This document shows positions 25,617 to 35,342 of a stretch of 53,854 nt of DNA, one piece after another. The stretch spans positions 1 to 53,854 of the forward strand of contig CAYMTM010000003.1 in assembly GCA_964393375.1 (NCBI GenBank), read 5' to 3'. The DNA comes from an uncultured Rhodospirillaceae bacterium (GTDB lineage: Bacteria > Pseudomonadota > Alphaproteobacteria > JAEULC01). Below the pieces are notes generated by a model. That model was not told the DNA's origin. It did no database searches and saw only the letters and a list, made by a program, of their open reading frames with translations. A program made the position numbers and the translations under genes. Position 1 is the stretch's first letter. Every line of letters begins with the position of its first letter.

Positions 25617-25660
25617 CCAATATTGTGCGCAATCGCACGGCTGGGCGAATGAATCAAAGA

Positions 25661-25692
25661 GTCGTCCTTTATTTTAGACAATTAAAGACGAC
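25661..25692 (-). terminator. candidate terminator hairpin after the binding-protein gene
   Basis: On the minus strand, GTCGTCTTTA…TAAAGGACGAC stem (one bulge) followed by TCTTTGATT, 47 nt after the stop at 25739. Confidence 0.4.
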
Positions 25693-25738
25693 ATTCGATC
25701 GATACGGAGACACGCGGCCAAGCCACGCCACCGCCGCG

Positions 25739-26758
25739 TCATTCGATCATATCGTCCGCCTGGGCGAGTTGCGTCTCGGTGAGCGGTAGGCCGATCGCCC
25801 GCGCTGTGCGCAGGTTCAGCACCAGCTCGAAGCGGGTGGGCTGCTCGATCGGCAGATTGGCCGGCTTGATGCCGGCAAGCACGCGGGCGGCGAAATAGCC
25901 GACCCGGCGATAGCAGTCGCGCTGGTTGGGGCCGTAGGTCATCAAGGCACCGCTTTGCGCGAACACGGCCCAGCCGGATGCGGAAGGGACACGTTGGGCT
26001 ATGGCCCAGGCCGCGATGCGCTCCCGGTTGGGGGTGGTGATGCTGTCGGGCAGCGCAACAACCGCGTCGGCCGCGGCGGCGGCGGCCTGCGCGAGGGCCC
26101 TGTCGATGTCCTCGCGGCTTTGAACGGGCATGTACAGGAGGTCGATGCCGAGGCTTGCCACGGTGCGCCGGCAGACCTCGACCTCGCCGGCCTCGCCGGG
26201 GTGGTTCGGGTGCGAGATCAGCGCGATGCGTCGCGTGGCCGGTGCGATGTCCTTGAGGATCTGGATCCGCTTGGCATTGATCTCGACAATCATGAGACTG
26301 AGGCCGGTCGCGTTGCCGCGCGGCCGCGACAGGCTGTCGGCGAAACCGGCCGCCATCGGATCGCCGCTGAAGCCGTAAACCACGGGGACGCGATCGGCCG
26401 CGACTGCGATCGTGCGCCGGGTCGCAGCGCCGTTCACGACGATCGCGTCGGCGCCTTCGGCGAGCAGTTCACGCGCGAGAGGCTCCACCCGATCGGGGAG
26501 GCCGTCGGCGTAGCGCTCGAGCCAGCGCAGATTGCGCGGCACGCTGAATCCTTGATCGGCCAATCCATCCAGGATTGCGTCGCGTATCGGCGCGCTTTCC
26601 TGGCGCGTATTGAAGCTGAGATAGCCGACGGTCGGCGTGCCTGCGCAGCCGCGACCCGGAGCCATCGCGGCGAAGGGTACCGCAGCGGTACCGGCCAGGA
26701 AGCGGCGTCGCCCGAGATGGCGGCGCGCCGGGCTCCTGTCCATGGATGCTTGCTTCAT
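25739..26758 (-). CDS. Tat-signal periplasmic ABC-type substrate-binding protein (ABC_sub_bind, PF04392-like)
   Basis: RRRFLAG twin-arginine motif. C-terminal PANLPIEQPTRFELVLNLRTARAIGL is typical of this family. Start could be 26743, 26758 or 26764. Confidence 0.8.
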   Translation of the reverse strand: MKQASMDRSPARRHLGRRRFLAGTAAVPFAAMAPGRGCAGTPTVGYLSFNTRQESAPIRDAILDGLADQGFSVPRNLRWLERYADGLPDRVEPLARELLAEGADAIVVNGAATRRTIAVAADRVPVVYGFSGDPMAAGFADSLSRPRGNATGLSLMIVEINAKRIQILKDIAPATRRIALISHPNHPGEAGEVEVCRRTVASLGIDLLYMPVQSREDIDRALAQAAAAAADAVVALPDSITTPNRERIAAWAIAQRVPSASGWAVFAQSGALMTYGPNQRDCYRRVGYFAARVLAGIKPANLPIEQPTRFELVLNLRTARAIGLPLTETQLAQADDMIE

Positions 26759-26977
26759 CGCCATAGCCCCCTGTGTCTGTGCCGCGGGTCGGACCGAGGG
26801 AGATCGACGAATTCTGTCTGTCGCAGACCGACCAGCCCTTGCGGTCTGAGGATCCTGCGGCCGAAACGACGGAATATCAGACGGCGCGTCCCGCCGTCTG
26901 TGCACAAAAGCACAGCCACAGGCGATTTGCTTCGTTCACGGACGTTTGCCGGGTGCGGCCCGGCATGGGGCGGGGAC

Positions 26978-28003
26978 TCACGCCGCGCGGCGCTGCACGC
27001 GTTGGGCGGGGAACAGGGCGATGGCGCGCGTGCCCCGTTCCGTCTGGCTTTCGATCTGGAAAATGCCGCCGTGCAACTCGACCAGCGACTTCACCACCGG
27101 CAGCCCGAGGCCGGTGCCCTGGTGCAGACGGTCCAGCCCGTCGTTGACCTGGCCGAACGGCGCCATGACGCGCGGGAGCTGGTGCGGCGGGATGCCCGCC
27201 CCGGTATCCGCCACTTCGACGCGCATCGCGCCGTCGGACTGCAGCCGCGCGTCGACCGTCACGCGGCCGCCCGGCGGCGTGAACTTGACGGCGTTCGACA
27301 GCAGGTGCCGCAGCATCTCGCGGAAAAGCCGCTCGTCCACCAGCAGCGGCGGCGGATCGACCGGCACCAAATTGGCCAGCGCGATGCCGGCGCGCTCGGC
27401 CTGCCCGGCGAACATCCGGAGGGAATCGGCCGCGACGACGTGCACGTCGATCGGGTTTTCGTCGAGCTTGAGCTCCCCGGCCTCGGCCTTCGCCAGCTCG
27501 AGGATCGAATTGAGCAGCGACAGCAGGTGCTGCGCCGAGGTCTCGATGTGCCCGGCGTACTCCGCCGTGCGCTCGCTTGCCGGCGCGTCTTGCGCTTTCG
27601 CGGCGATCAGCTGCGAGAAGCCGATGATCGCGTTCAGCGGCGTGCGCAATTCGTGGCTGAGGTTCTTGACCAGCGAATGCAGGGCGCGCTGGCTGATCTC
27701 GATCTCGCGCAGCACCAGGACCTCGCGCTCGGCCAGCTGGCGCTGCCGGGCCTCGTTCTCCAGGGCCTCGGCCTGCGTGCGCACCCGGTCGCGCATGCCC
27801 GTCAGTTCCTTGTACTGGTGGCGCATGACCCGGTCGCCGACATGCACGATCAGGAACAGCGCGGTCCAGAGCGCGCCAACGATGATGCCGAGGCGCAGCG
27901 GGTCAAGCTGCGCGGGCTCGAACCGGAACCAGACCAATGGGCCCAGCGCAATGGCGAGCGCCAGGATGCTCGTGACGGTGACGGAGCGAAGCAGGCGGAA
28001 CAT
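26978..28003 (-). CDS. membrane sensor histidine kinase (HisKA + HATPase_c)
   Basis: Two N-terminal TM helices. H-box LSHELRTPLNAI. N/G boxes LLSNAVKFT, DTGAGI, GTGLGLP. Confidence 0.9.
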   Translation of the reverse strand: MFRLLRSVTVTSILALAIALGPLVWFRFEPAQLDPLRLGIIVGALWTALFLIVHVGDRVMRHQYKELTGMRDRVRTQAEALENEARQRQLAEREVLVLREIEISQRALHSLVKNLSHELRTPLNAIIGFSQLIAAKAQDAPASERTAEYAGHIETSAQHLLSLLNSILELAKAEAGELKLDENPIDVHVVAADSLRMFAGQAERAGIALANLVPVDPPPLLVDERLFREMLRHLLSNAVKFTPPGGRVTVDARLQSDGAMRVEVADTGAGIPPHQLPRVMAPFGQVNDGLDRLHQGTGLGLPVVKSLVELHGGIFQIESQTERGTRAIALFPAQRVQRRAA

Positions 28004-28208
28004 CGTGTACCGGCACCATCGTCCTGATCGGCCGCTTCTGGTTGATTCATTAATAAAGCGGAATGACTAACAAACGGTGAGCGGAGAATTACCTTGGATA
28101 GCACATATCTAAACAATAATGCTCGCAACACGGGCTCGCGCACACCGCATCTCCCGGATGCTATGAGTAAAAATTCATAGCCAAGGCGCGGATGGGCCGC
28201 GCGGCACG

Positions 28209-30968
28209 TCACCCGCTGTTGCGCAGGCCGGCGGCGATGCCGTTGATCGTCATGTGGATGCCGCGCAGCACCGCGGGATCGGCCCCGCCGGCGGACCGGT
28301 GGCGCTTCAAGAGCTCGATCTGCACGTGGTTCAGCGGGTCGAGATAGGGAAAGCGGTTGCGGATCGAGCGGGCGAGCAGCGGGTTGCCTTCCAGCAGCGT
28401 CTTCTGTCGGCCGATCGCCAGCACCGCCTCCACCGAGGCCTGCCATTCCGCCTTGAGCCGATCGAAGATCGCCGTGCGCAGGGTCGCGTCGGCCACCAGC
28501 TCGGCATAGCGCGCAGCGATGGCGATGTCGCTCTTGGCCAGCACCATGTCGGTGTTCGACAGCAGCGTGCGAAAGAACGGCCATTCGCGGTGCATGGCCT
28601 GCAGCGTGGCGAGCCCGTCCCGCGGCCGCTCGGCAACAAAGGCCTTCACCGCCGCGCCGAAGCCGTACCAGCCGGGCAGCATCAGCCGGCATTGCGACCA
28701 GCTGAACACCCAGGGGATGGCGCGCAAATCCTCGATCTTGCGCGAATTCCTGCGCGAGGCCGGACGGCTGCCGATGTTCAGGTTGGCGATCTCGCCGATC
28801 ACCGTCGATTCCCAGAAGTACTTCTCGAATCCCTCGGTCTCGTAAACCAGCGCGCGGTACGCGCGGAAGGCGTGCGCCGAAAGCGCCTCCATCGCCTGCA
28901 GGTGCTCGGCGCGCGGCGCCGGCTGGTCGCCCTGCAGCAAGGTAGCCTCCAGCGTGGCCGCGGCGAGGATCTCCAGGTTGCGCCTTCCGACCTCGGGGTT
29001 GGAGTACTTCGCGGCGATCACCTCGCCCTGCTCGGTCACGCGGATGGCGCCCTCGACCGCCCCCGGCGGCTGGGCGAGGATCGCCTGGTAGCTCGGCCCG
29101 CCGCCGCGGCCGACCGACCCGCCGCGTCCGTGGAACAGGCTCAGCCGTACGCCGTGGCGCCTGAACGCCTCGACCAGCGCGATCTCGGCCTTGTAGAGCT
29201 CCCAGGTCGAGGTCAGGTAGCCGCCATCCTTGTTGCTGTCGGAATAGCCGAGCATGACCTCTTGCCGGTCGCCGCGGCTTTGCAGCAGCCGGCGGTAGTC
29301 GGGCAGGGCGAGCAGCCGGTCCATCACCGGGCCCGCGTTGCGCAGGTCGCCGATCGTCTCGAACAGCGGCACGATGTTGACGTCGAGCGCCGAATCGCAC
29401 GGTTGCAGAAGGCCGGTCTCCTTCAGGAGCAGGGCGACCTCAAGCACGTCCGACACCCCGTCGGCCTTGGAGATCACGTAGTTCTCGACCGCGGGCTTGC
29501 CGTAGCGCCGATGCGCCTCGGCCGCCGCGCGCACGATCGCGAGCTCGCCCGCGGTTTCCTCGGAATAGGCGAGAAAGGGCGAGACCAACGGCCGCGGCGT
29601 CTTGAGCTCGGCCAGCAGCAGCGCGACGCGCGCCTCTTCCCCCAGGGTGCGATAGGCCGTGCCGGGGCTCGCCGTCTCCAAGAGCTCGGCCACCACGCGC
29701 TCGTGCACCTCGGAATTCTGCCGCAGGTCGATCGACGCCAGATGGAAGCCGAAAACGTCGACCGCGCGGCGCAGGCGCCGCAGCCGCCCGCGCGCGATCG
29801 GGGCCGAGCCGTTGGCCGACAGCGAGTCGTGGATCACGTCGAGGTCGGCGTGCAGCTCTGCCGCGTCGCCGTAGGCGGCGGCCTCGCCCAGCGCGGGATG
29901 CGGCGCCTCCAGCCCGACGAGCGTGCGGGCGGTCGCGGCCAGCCGCGCGTAGACGCCGGCGATGGCGCGGCGGTAGGGCTCGTCCTGGCGCTGTGGGGCG
30001 CGGTCGGAAGACTTCTCCGCCAGCGCGCCGAGCGCCGGCGTCACGCGGATCGACCGGCCGTCAAGCGAAAGCTCGCCGCCGAGCAGATGCAGCTCCTCAA
30101 GGTAGAAGCCGATCGCCCGGCGGCTCTGCAGGGCCAGCGCCTGGCGCAGCACGTCGGCGGTGACGAACGGATTGCCGTCGCGGTCGCCGCCGATCCAGCT
30201 GCCGATTCTCAGGAACGAGGGCGGCTCGATGCCCGCCCAGGCCGGGTTCGCTGCGGCGATGCCGTCCTCCAGCTCCTCGTAGAAGCGCGGCAGTTCGCGC
30301 AGGAATGTGTGGTCGTAGAAGGACAGCCCGTTGTTGACCTCGTCCAGCACGCGCAGGCGCGTGTCGCGCAGGACGCTGGTCTGCCACAGGGTCAGCACCG
30401 CGCGGCGCAGCGCCTTGCGGTTCTGCACCAGTTCCTCGGGCGTGAACTGCATGCGGTCGCGTTCCGCCAGCAGTCGCGCGACCTCCATCTCGCGGTCGAT
30501 CGCGCTCTTGCGCCGGACCTCGGTGGGGTGCGCGGTCAGCACCGGCCGGCAGGCAGCTTCGGCGAAGAACCGTTCCAGCCGGGCGCGCGTGATGCCGCAA
30601 TCGCGCGCATGGGCCAGGGCGTATGCCATCGACCCCTCGCGCGGCGCCGACCCGGCGATCGCGTGCGCGCGGGTGCGCCTGATGTGGTGCTGGTCCTCGG
30701 CCAGGTTGGCGAGATGCGAGAAATAGCCGAAGGCGCGGATGATCTTGACTGCCTGGTCGGGCGGCAGCCCCGCCAGCGCCTGCGTCAGCTCGCCGAGCGC
30801 GGCCGGATCGCCGTCGCGGTGGAAGCGCACGGAGGTCTGGCGGATGCGCTCGACCGTCGCGAACACCGCCTCGCCCTCCTGCGCCCGCAGGGTCTCGCCC
30901 AGGATGCGTCCGAGCAGCCGGATGTCGTAGCGCAGCGGCGCGTCTTTCTCCTGGGCGTCGTCGTTCAT
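28209..30968 (-). CDS. ppc: phosphoenolpyruvate carboxylase
   Basis: Start at MNDDAQEK within track ORF 28209..31553, 919 aa. [32 protein letters not shown] and C-terminal [12 protein letters not shown] motifs. Confidence 0.95.
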   Translation of the reverse strand: MNDDAQEKDAPLRYDIRLLGRILGETLRAQEGEAVFATVERIRQTSVRFHRDGDPAALGELTQALAGLPPDQAVKIIRAFGYFSHLANLAEDQHHIRRTRAHAIAGSAPREGSMAYALAHARDCGITRARLERFFAEAACRPVLTAHPTEVRRKSAIDREMEVARLLAERDRMQFTPEELVQNRKALRRAVLTLWQTSVLRDTRLRVLDEVNNGLSFYDHTFLRELPRFYEELEDGIAAANPAWAGIEPPSFLRIGSWIGGDRDGNPFVTADVLRQALALQSRRAIGFYLEELHLLGGELSLDGRSIRVTPALGALAEKSSDRAPQRQDEPYRRAIAGVYARLAATARTLVGLEAPHPALGEAAAYGDAAELHADLDVIHDSLSANGSAPIARGRLRRLRRAVDVFGFHLASIDLRQNSEVHERVVAELLETASPGTAYRTLGEEARVALLLAELKTPRPLVSPFLAYSEETAGELAIVRAAAEAHRRYGKPAVENYVISKADGVSDVLEVALLLKETGLLQPCDSALDVNIVPLFETIGDLRNAGPVMDRLLALPDYRRLLQSRGDRQEVMLGYSDSNKDGGYLTSTWELYKAEIALVEAFRRHGVRLSLFHGRGGSVGRGGGPSYQAILAQPPGAVEGAIRVTEQGEVIAAKYSNPEVGRRNLEILAAATLEATLLQGDQPAPRAEHLQAMEALSAHAFRAYRALVYETEGFEKYFWESTVIGEIANLNIGSRPASRRNSRKIEDLRAIPWVFSWSQCRLMLPGWYGFGAAVKAFVAERPRDGLATLQAMHREWPFFRTLLSNTDMVLAKSDIAIAARYAELVADATLRTAIFDRLKAEWQASVEAVLAIGRQKTLLEGNPLLARSIRNRFPYLDPLNHVQIELLKRHRSAGGADPAVLRGIHMTINGIAAGLRNSG

Positions 30969-31104
30969 GGATGGCGTCACGCGCAGAAAGAGCCGGGTGC
31001 GCCCGGGCGGGCGCCGGCGCAGGATAGCAGAGGATGCCGCCGAGAGTATCGGCGGCACCGCCGGTCCTGCGATGCTGGCGGGAGCGGTGACCGGCAGGAG
31101 CGCG

Positions 31105-32217
31105 CTATTGCGCGCGCAGTCGCGCCCCGCCGCGGCGCAGCCAGGAAAGCCGGGCCGCGTCGCCGCGCGGCAGGGACGCGAACTCGGCGGCGCTGCCCTG
31201 GTCGATCGCGGCCTCGAGCAGCCCGGTCGCGCGCTCGCCGAGCCGCGGTGCCGGCGTGCGGCGGCGCAGGAACACCTGGTAGGACTGGTCGAGGATCTCC
31301 AGCTGGTCGGCGAACATCCGCAGAAACAGGCCGAGGCCGAGCGCGGTCCGCTCGTTCTCCTTGCCGAAATCGTCGAGCACGATGAACCCGCCGTCGCGCG
31401 CGACCGCCAGCGCGTTGACCGCGTCGCGGAACGCACCCGAGGGGCGATGGTCGCCGTCGACATAGACGAAATCGAAGCCGGCCTCGGGCAGATGCGGCAG
31501 CACCAGCTCCGAGGAGCCGGGGCGCAGCGTGGCGCGATGGTCCAACCCCGCATTGCGCAGGTTGTCGAGGAAATTCGGGCGGAACGCCAGGTCGTTGACG
31601 ACGATGCCGCCGTCGGGCGCCAGCAGGTGCTCGATCGTCCAGATCGCGGACAGACCCTCCATGCAGCCGATCTCGAGCGCGCGGCCGGTCCTGCCCATGG
31701 CGGGCGCCAGGTGCCTGCGCCAGTTGGGGATATGCGCGAGGAACCAAGGCTCCTGCGCGAAAGTGAGCTGCCTGGCCGCCGGCGTGTCCCAGCCGATCCT
31801 GGCGGCGGTGCCGCGGATCACCACGTCGGCGTCGGCGCGATCGCCGCGCTGGCCAAGGCAGCGCGCCAGCCATACGGCGATGCGCAGATTGTCCGGCGCC
31901 ATGGCGAGCGCGGTGCGGAACGCCAACTCGGATCGGTCGAACTGCTTGGTCGCAAGGCAGGCCTGGCCGAGGATGAAATGCGACTGCCAGTTCTCGGGAT
32001 ACCGCTCGATCGCGGCGGTGAGATAGTCGATCGCTTCGGCGTAGCGCCGCAGCCGGTAGTTGTAGGCGCCGAGATTGTGATAGGGCCGGAAATACCGCAC
32101 CCCCGCCTCGGCCAGCGGGATGAGCGCCGCGCAGGCCTCCTCGATGCGTCCCTCGGCGAACAGCCGGTCGGACGGCTCGATGCGTTTGCGCAGCTCGGCG
32201 ACCGTGGCCATGGTCAT
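31105..32217 (-). CDS. TPR-repeat plus class I SAM-dependent methyltransferase (Methyltransf_24-like) protein
   Basis: N-terminal TPR-like helices. C-terminal [12 protein letters not shown]…[10 protein letters not shown] motifs. Confidence 0.7.
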   Translation of the reverse strand: MTMATVAELRKRIEPSDRLFAEGRIEEACAALIPLAEAGVRYFRPYHNLGAYNYRLRRYAEAIDYLTAAIERYPENWQSHFILGQACLATKQFDRSELAFRTALAMAPDNLRIAVWLARCLGQRGDRADADVVIRGTAARIGWDTPAARQLTFAQEPWFLAHIPNWRRHLAPAMGRTGRALEIGCMEGLSAIWTIEHLLAPDGGIVVNDLAFRPNFLDNLRNAGLDHRATLRPGSSELVLPHLPEAGFDFVYVDGDHRPSGAFRDAVNALAVARDGGFIVLDDFGKENERTALGLGLFLRMFADQLEILDQSYQVFLRRRTPAPRLGERATGLLEAAIDQGSAAEFASLPRGDAARLSWLRRGGARLRAQ

Positions 32218-32387
32218 GCTTGCTCCTCCCGACGCATTTTTCTTGACCCTACGCGCCGATCGGCATGGTTGTCAGTTCATTTCTTTTCACGCGCAATTGG
32301 CGAGTATTTTAGACAAGTGCCGGACCGCGCGCCGCGGCTGCGCGCCCCGGCGCACCGGCGTCAGCCAAGGCCGACGCGGCCTGATCC

Positions 32388-33347
32388 TCAGCGCCATGTC
32401 CCTGTCGCGGCAAGTTGCGGGGCAGGCTCGGGCGGCGTGAAGCGCAGCGGCAAGGCGCCCGTGCGCCACACGCCTTCCTCGACCCGGAAGCACAGCAGCC
32501 GTTCGGCACCGGCAAAGCCTTCCACCTCCGGCCCGTCCCACACGACGGCGGCCGTGCCGGTCACCTGCAGCACGTCGCCGGTCGCGAAATCGACGAACAG
32601 CAGACCGGCGCCGGGATTGACCGCGATATTCCCCAGCGTGTTGAACATCATGTTGCCGCGGAAATCGGGCCAGGCGAGGACCGTGCGGCCGTCTTGCGCG
32701 GTCAGCCGCACGAAACCGGGTTTGCCGCCGCGATGCGAGACGTCGACCCCCTCGGCGCGGTCGTCCGCGTCCGGGTCGGCTGAGGCCGTGGCGATGAAGA
32801 ACGTGTCGGCGCCGCCGACCAGCGCCGCCGCGCGCGGCGGAAGCACCGGCCCTTCAGGCACGACCGGGCCGGGAGCCGCCGCGCCCAGGAGAAGCCCCGG
32901 CGCGCGTGCCTGGATGTATTGCGGGCAGTTGCCGAAGCTCTGGCCCACCGCGACGGCGAAGCCCTTCGCATCGGTTTCCGTCACGATGCCGTTCATGCGA
33001 TTGCGCCGGCGGGCCTCGAGCTGGATGCCGAGCAGGCCGAGCTTCGCGCCGACCGCAAGGTTCGCCGCCAGCGGATCGCCGTCGGCCGGCCGGCCGTCGA
33101 CCCGCATGGTCCTTGCGTCGGGCGTGCGGATGAAGCCGGCCCGGCCGGTCAGAATCGAGGCCCAAGGCCGGCCGGCCCTGTCCAGGCTGCCGACGACGAG
33201 ATAGGGCAGCTTCGCGAACAGCTCGCGGTGCTGGTCGGGCATGAAGGCGCGGATCGACCGGCGGCCGCCGTGGTCCATGCGCTCGGCCAGGCCGTAGCGC
33301 GCCTGCACCGCCCGCTCGCCCGGATGGAAGGGCGCGTCGCCCGTCAC
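32388..33347 (-). CDS. pyridoxamine 5'-phosphate oxidase-related FMN-binding protein
   Basis: ERAVQARYG…LPYLVVGSLDRAGRPWAS… pattern. GTG at 33347 gives a GTGA overlap with the GST stop. The track start is 33416. Confidence 0.7.
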   Translation of the reverse strand: MTGDAPFHPGERAVQARYGLAERMDHGGRRSIRAFMPDQHRELFAKLPYLVVGSLDRAGRPWASILTGRAGFIRTPDARTMRVDGRPADGDPLAANLAVGAKLGLLGIQLEARRRNRMNGIVTETDAKGFAVAVGQSFGNCPQYIQARAPGLLLGAAAPGPVVPEGPVLPPRAAALVGGADTFFIATASADPDADDRAEGVDVSHRGGKPGFVRLTAQDGRTVLAWPDFRGNMMFNTLGNIAVNPGAGLLFVDFATGDVLQVTGTAAVVWDGPEVEGFAGAERLLCFRVEEGVWRTGALPLRFTPPEPAPQLAATGTWR

Positions 33348-33979
33348 GCCGGCACCTTGGTGCGCGTCTTGCGCATCGCCACGAAGCCGGGCAGGGCCTC
33401 GATGCGCTTGAGCCACGCGCGCAGGCGGGGGAAGGCGTCGAGCGACACGCCGCCCTCAGGCGCATGGGCGGTATAGGCGTAGACCGCGAGGTCCGCGACG
33501 GTCGGCGCCTCGCCCGCGAGGTAGGGCGTGTTCGCCAGGTGGCGGTCCATCACGCCGAACAGGTGGCCGGCGATCGCCAGCGCCCGGTCGTGGTCGAGCG
33601 GGGTGCCGAACAGCGCGGCCAGCCGCGCGGCGTTCGGCCCGTTGACGAGCGGTCCGGCCGCCACCGACAGCCACTGCTGCACGCGCGCCGCCGCCACGGG
33701 ATCGCGCGGCAGCCAATTGCCCGCCGCGTCGTAGCGCTGCGCTAGGTAGACCAGAATCGCATTGCTGTCGTAGAGCGTGACATCGCCATCCTCGATCACC
33801 GGCACTTGGCCGAACGGGTTACGGGCCAGGAATTCGGGCGTGCGGTTCTCGCCGCGCGCCAGGTCGATCTCGACGGTCTCGAAAGGCAGGCCGAGCATGG
33901 TCATGAGCAATTCGACGCGATGCGCGTGGCCGGAAAGCGCATGGCGATAAAAGCGGATGGGCTTGAGGGGCAGGGTCAT
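33344..33979 (-). CDS. glutathione S-transferase
   Basis: Start at MTLPLKP within track ORF 33344..34057. FGQVPVIEDGDVTLYDSNAILVYL G-site motif. Confidence 0.9.
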   Translation of the reverse strand: MTLPLKPIRFYRHALSGHAHRVELLMTMLGLPFETVEIDLARGENRTPEFLARNPFGQVPVIEDGDVTLYDSNAILVYLAQRYDAAGNWLPRDPVAAARVQQWLSVAAGPLVNGPNAARLAALFGTPLDHDRALAIAGHLFGVMDRHLANTPYLAGEAPTVADLAVYAYTAHAPEGGVSLDAFPRLRAWLKRIEALPGFVAMRKTRTKVPA

Positions 33980-34059
33980 GGCGAGGCTCCTTGTGCTGGC
34001 TGGCGTGGAGCCAAGATGGCCGTCCGGCGAAAAGGAAAGAATGCCCCGTGTTGACAATT

Positions 34060-34084
34060 GACTATTGCAGAATATGAAATAGTC
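34060..34084. promoter_or_regulatory. LysR-type dyad GACTATT-N11-AATAGTC
   Basis: Perfect 7-bp inverted repeat with an 11-nt spacer, ending 2 nt before the LysR ATG in the GST/LysR divergent region. Confidence 0.4.
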
Positions 34085-34086
34085 GG

Positions 34087-34986
34087 ATGGACCGGCTGGA
34101 CGCGATGCGGGCGTTCGTGGCGGTGGCGGAGCGCGAGGGCTTTGCCGCCGCGGCGCGCGGCCTCGGCCTTTCCGCGCCGGCGGCGACGCGCGCCATTGCC
34201 GCCCTGGAGGAGCGCGTCGGCACGCGGCTGATGCACCGCACGACCCGCCGCCTGCGCCTGACCGAGGCGGGCTTGCGCTACCTGGCCGACTGCAAGCGCA
34301 TCCTGGCGGCGGTCGAAGAGGCCGAGGCTTCGGCGGCCGGCGCGCATGCCGAGCCGCGCGGGCCGCTCGCCATCACCGCGCCTGCGATGTTCGGCCGGCT
34401 TTACGTGGCGCCGATCGTGGTCGCCTTCGCCGAACGCCATCCGCAGGTGGCGGCGCGCCTGTTCCTGGCCGACCGCCTGGTCGACCTGATCGACGAGGGC
34501 TACGACGTGGCGATCCGCATCGCGCATCTCGCCGACTCGTCGCTGACCGCCGTGCGGGTGGGGGCGGTCCGGCGCGTGATCTGCGCGTCGCCCACCTATC
34601 TCGCGCAGCACGGCACGCCGCGCGCGCCATCGGATCTCGCGCGGTTCGACGCCATCGCCTTCGCGCCGATCGGCCCGGCCCAGGAATGGTCGTTCTGGAT
34701 GGGCCAGCGCACCCAGACGATCCGCCTGCCGGCGCGCCTGGTCGCGAACACCGCGGAGGTCGCGATCGCCGCGGCCGTGGCGGGACGCGGGCTGGCCTGT
34801 GTGCTCTCCTACCAGGTGGCGCCCGAGCTGCGCGCGGGGCGGCTCAAGGTCGTGCTGGCGGATTTCGAGCTGCCGCCGGTGCCGATCCATGTCGTGCACC
34901 ACGAGGGCCGCCGCGCCAGTGCGCGCGTGCGCGCTTTCGTGGACCTGGCGGTCGAGCGCCTGCGGGCGGAGAAAAGTCTGCAATAG
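34087..34986 (+). CDS. LysR family transcriptional regulator
   Basis: MDRLDAMRAFVAVAEREGFAAAARGLGLSAPAATRAIAALEE HTH. 299 aa. Confidence 0.9.
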   Translation: MDRLDAMRAFVAVAEREGFAAAARGLGLSAPAATRAIAALEERVGTRLMHRTTRRLRLTEAGLRYLADCKRILAAVEEAEASAAGAHAEPRGPLAITAPAMFGRLYVAPIVVAFAERHPQVAARLFLADRLVDLIDEGYDVAIRIAHLADSSLTAVRVGAVRRVICASPTYLAQHGTPRAPSDLARFDAIAFAPIGPAQEWSFWMGQRTQTIRLPARLVANTAEVAIAAAVAGRGLACVLSYQVAPELRAGRLKVVLADFELPPVPIHVVHHEGRRASARVRAFVDLAVERLRAEKSLQ

Positions 34987-35053
34987 CGAGGATGAAAAAG
35001 CGCGACAAAGAGGTTGCGTATCGCCGCGGCCTCGCTCGAGTCGACCGCCGCAG

Positions 35054-35320
35054 GTGTCGCTGCTCGCCAAGCTGGTGGAGGGCGAGCCGCGCTCGATCGC
35101 GCGGCTGACCCAAGGCAGGCATCTGACACGCCAGGCCGTCACCAAGCATCTGAAGGTGCTCGAGGGCGCGGGCGTCGTGCGCGCGGTCAAGGTCGGGCGC
35201 GAAAGCCGATTTGCGCTCGAACCCGAGCCGCTCGACGAGGTGCGCGCCTATCTCGACCGCGTGTCGCGCGATTCGGACCGCGCGCTCGCCCGGCTCAAGC
35301 TGCTGGTCGAGAACTCCTGA
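35054..35320 (+). CDS. ArsR/SmtB-family HTH regulator, apparently N-terminally truncated
   Basis: IARLTQGRHLTRQAVTKHLKVLEGAGVV recognition region. The only in-frame start after the LysR stop is GTG 35054, with no SD, and the usual N-terminal helix is missing. Confidence 0.45.
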   Translation: MSLLAKLVEGEPRSIARLTQGRHLTRQAVTKHLKVLEGAGVVRAVKVGRESRFALEPEPLDEVRAYLDRVSRDSDRALARLKLLVENS

Positions 35321-35342
35321 GCCTCACGCTCCGGCGAGGCGC

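Noticed and set aside
28020-28208. AT-rich gap between ppc and the kinase gene as a tRNA or sRNA gene
   Set aside because: I could fold no cloverleaf or terminator-bounded structure by eye. The position fits a promoter region for the kinase gene and a 3' region for ppc.
28254-31385. 1043-aa plus-strand ORF, and similar long ORFs at 25955..28027, 42297..43916, 44351..45853, 45914..48118 and 47109..48971
   Set aside because: All lie antisense to or out of frame with genes that have strong family motifs (ppc, kinase, nrdB, lysK, helicase), and all have low-complexity Arg/Gly/Ala/Pro composition.
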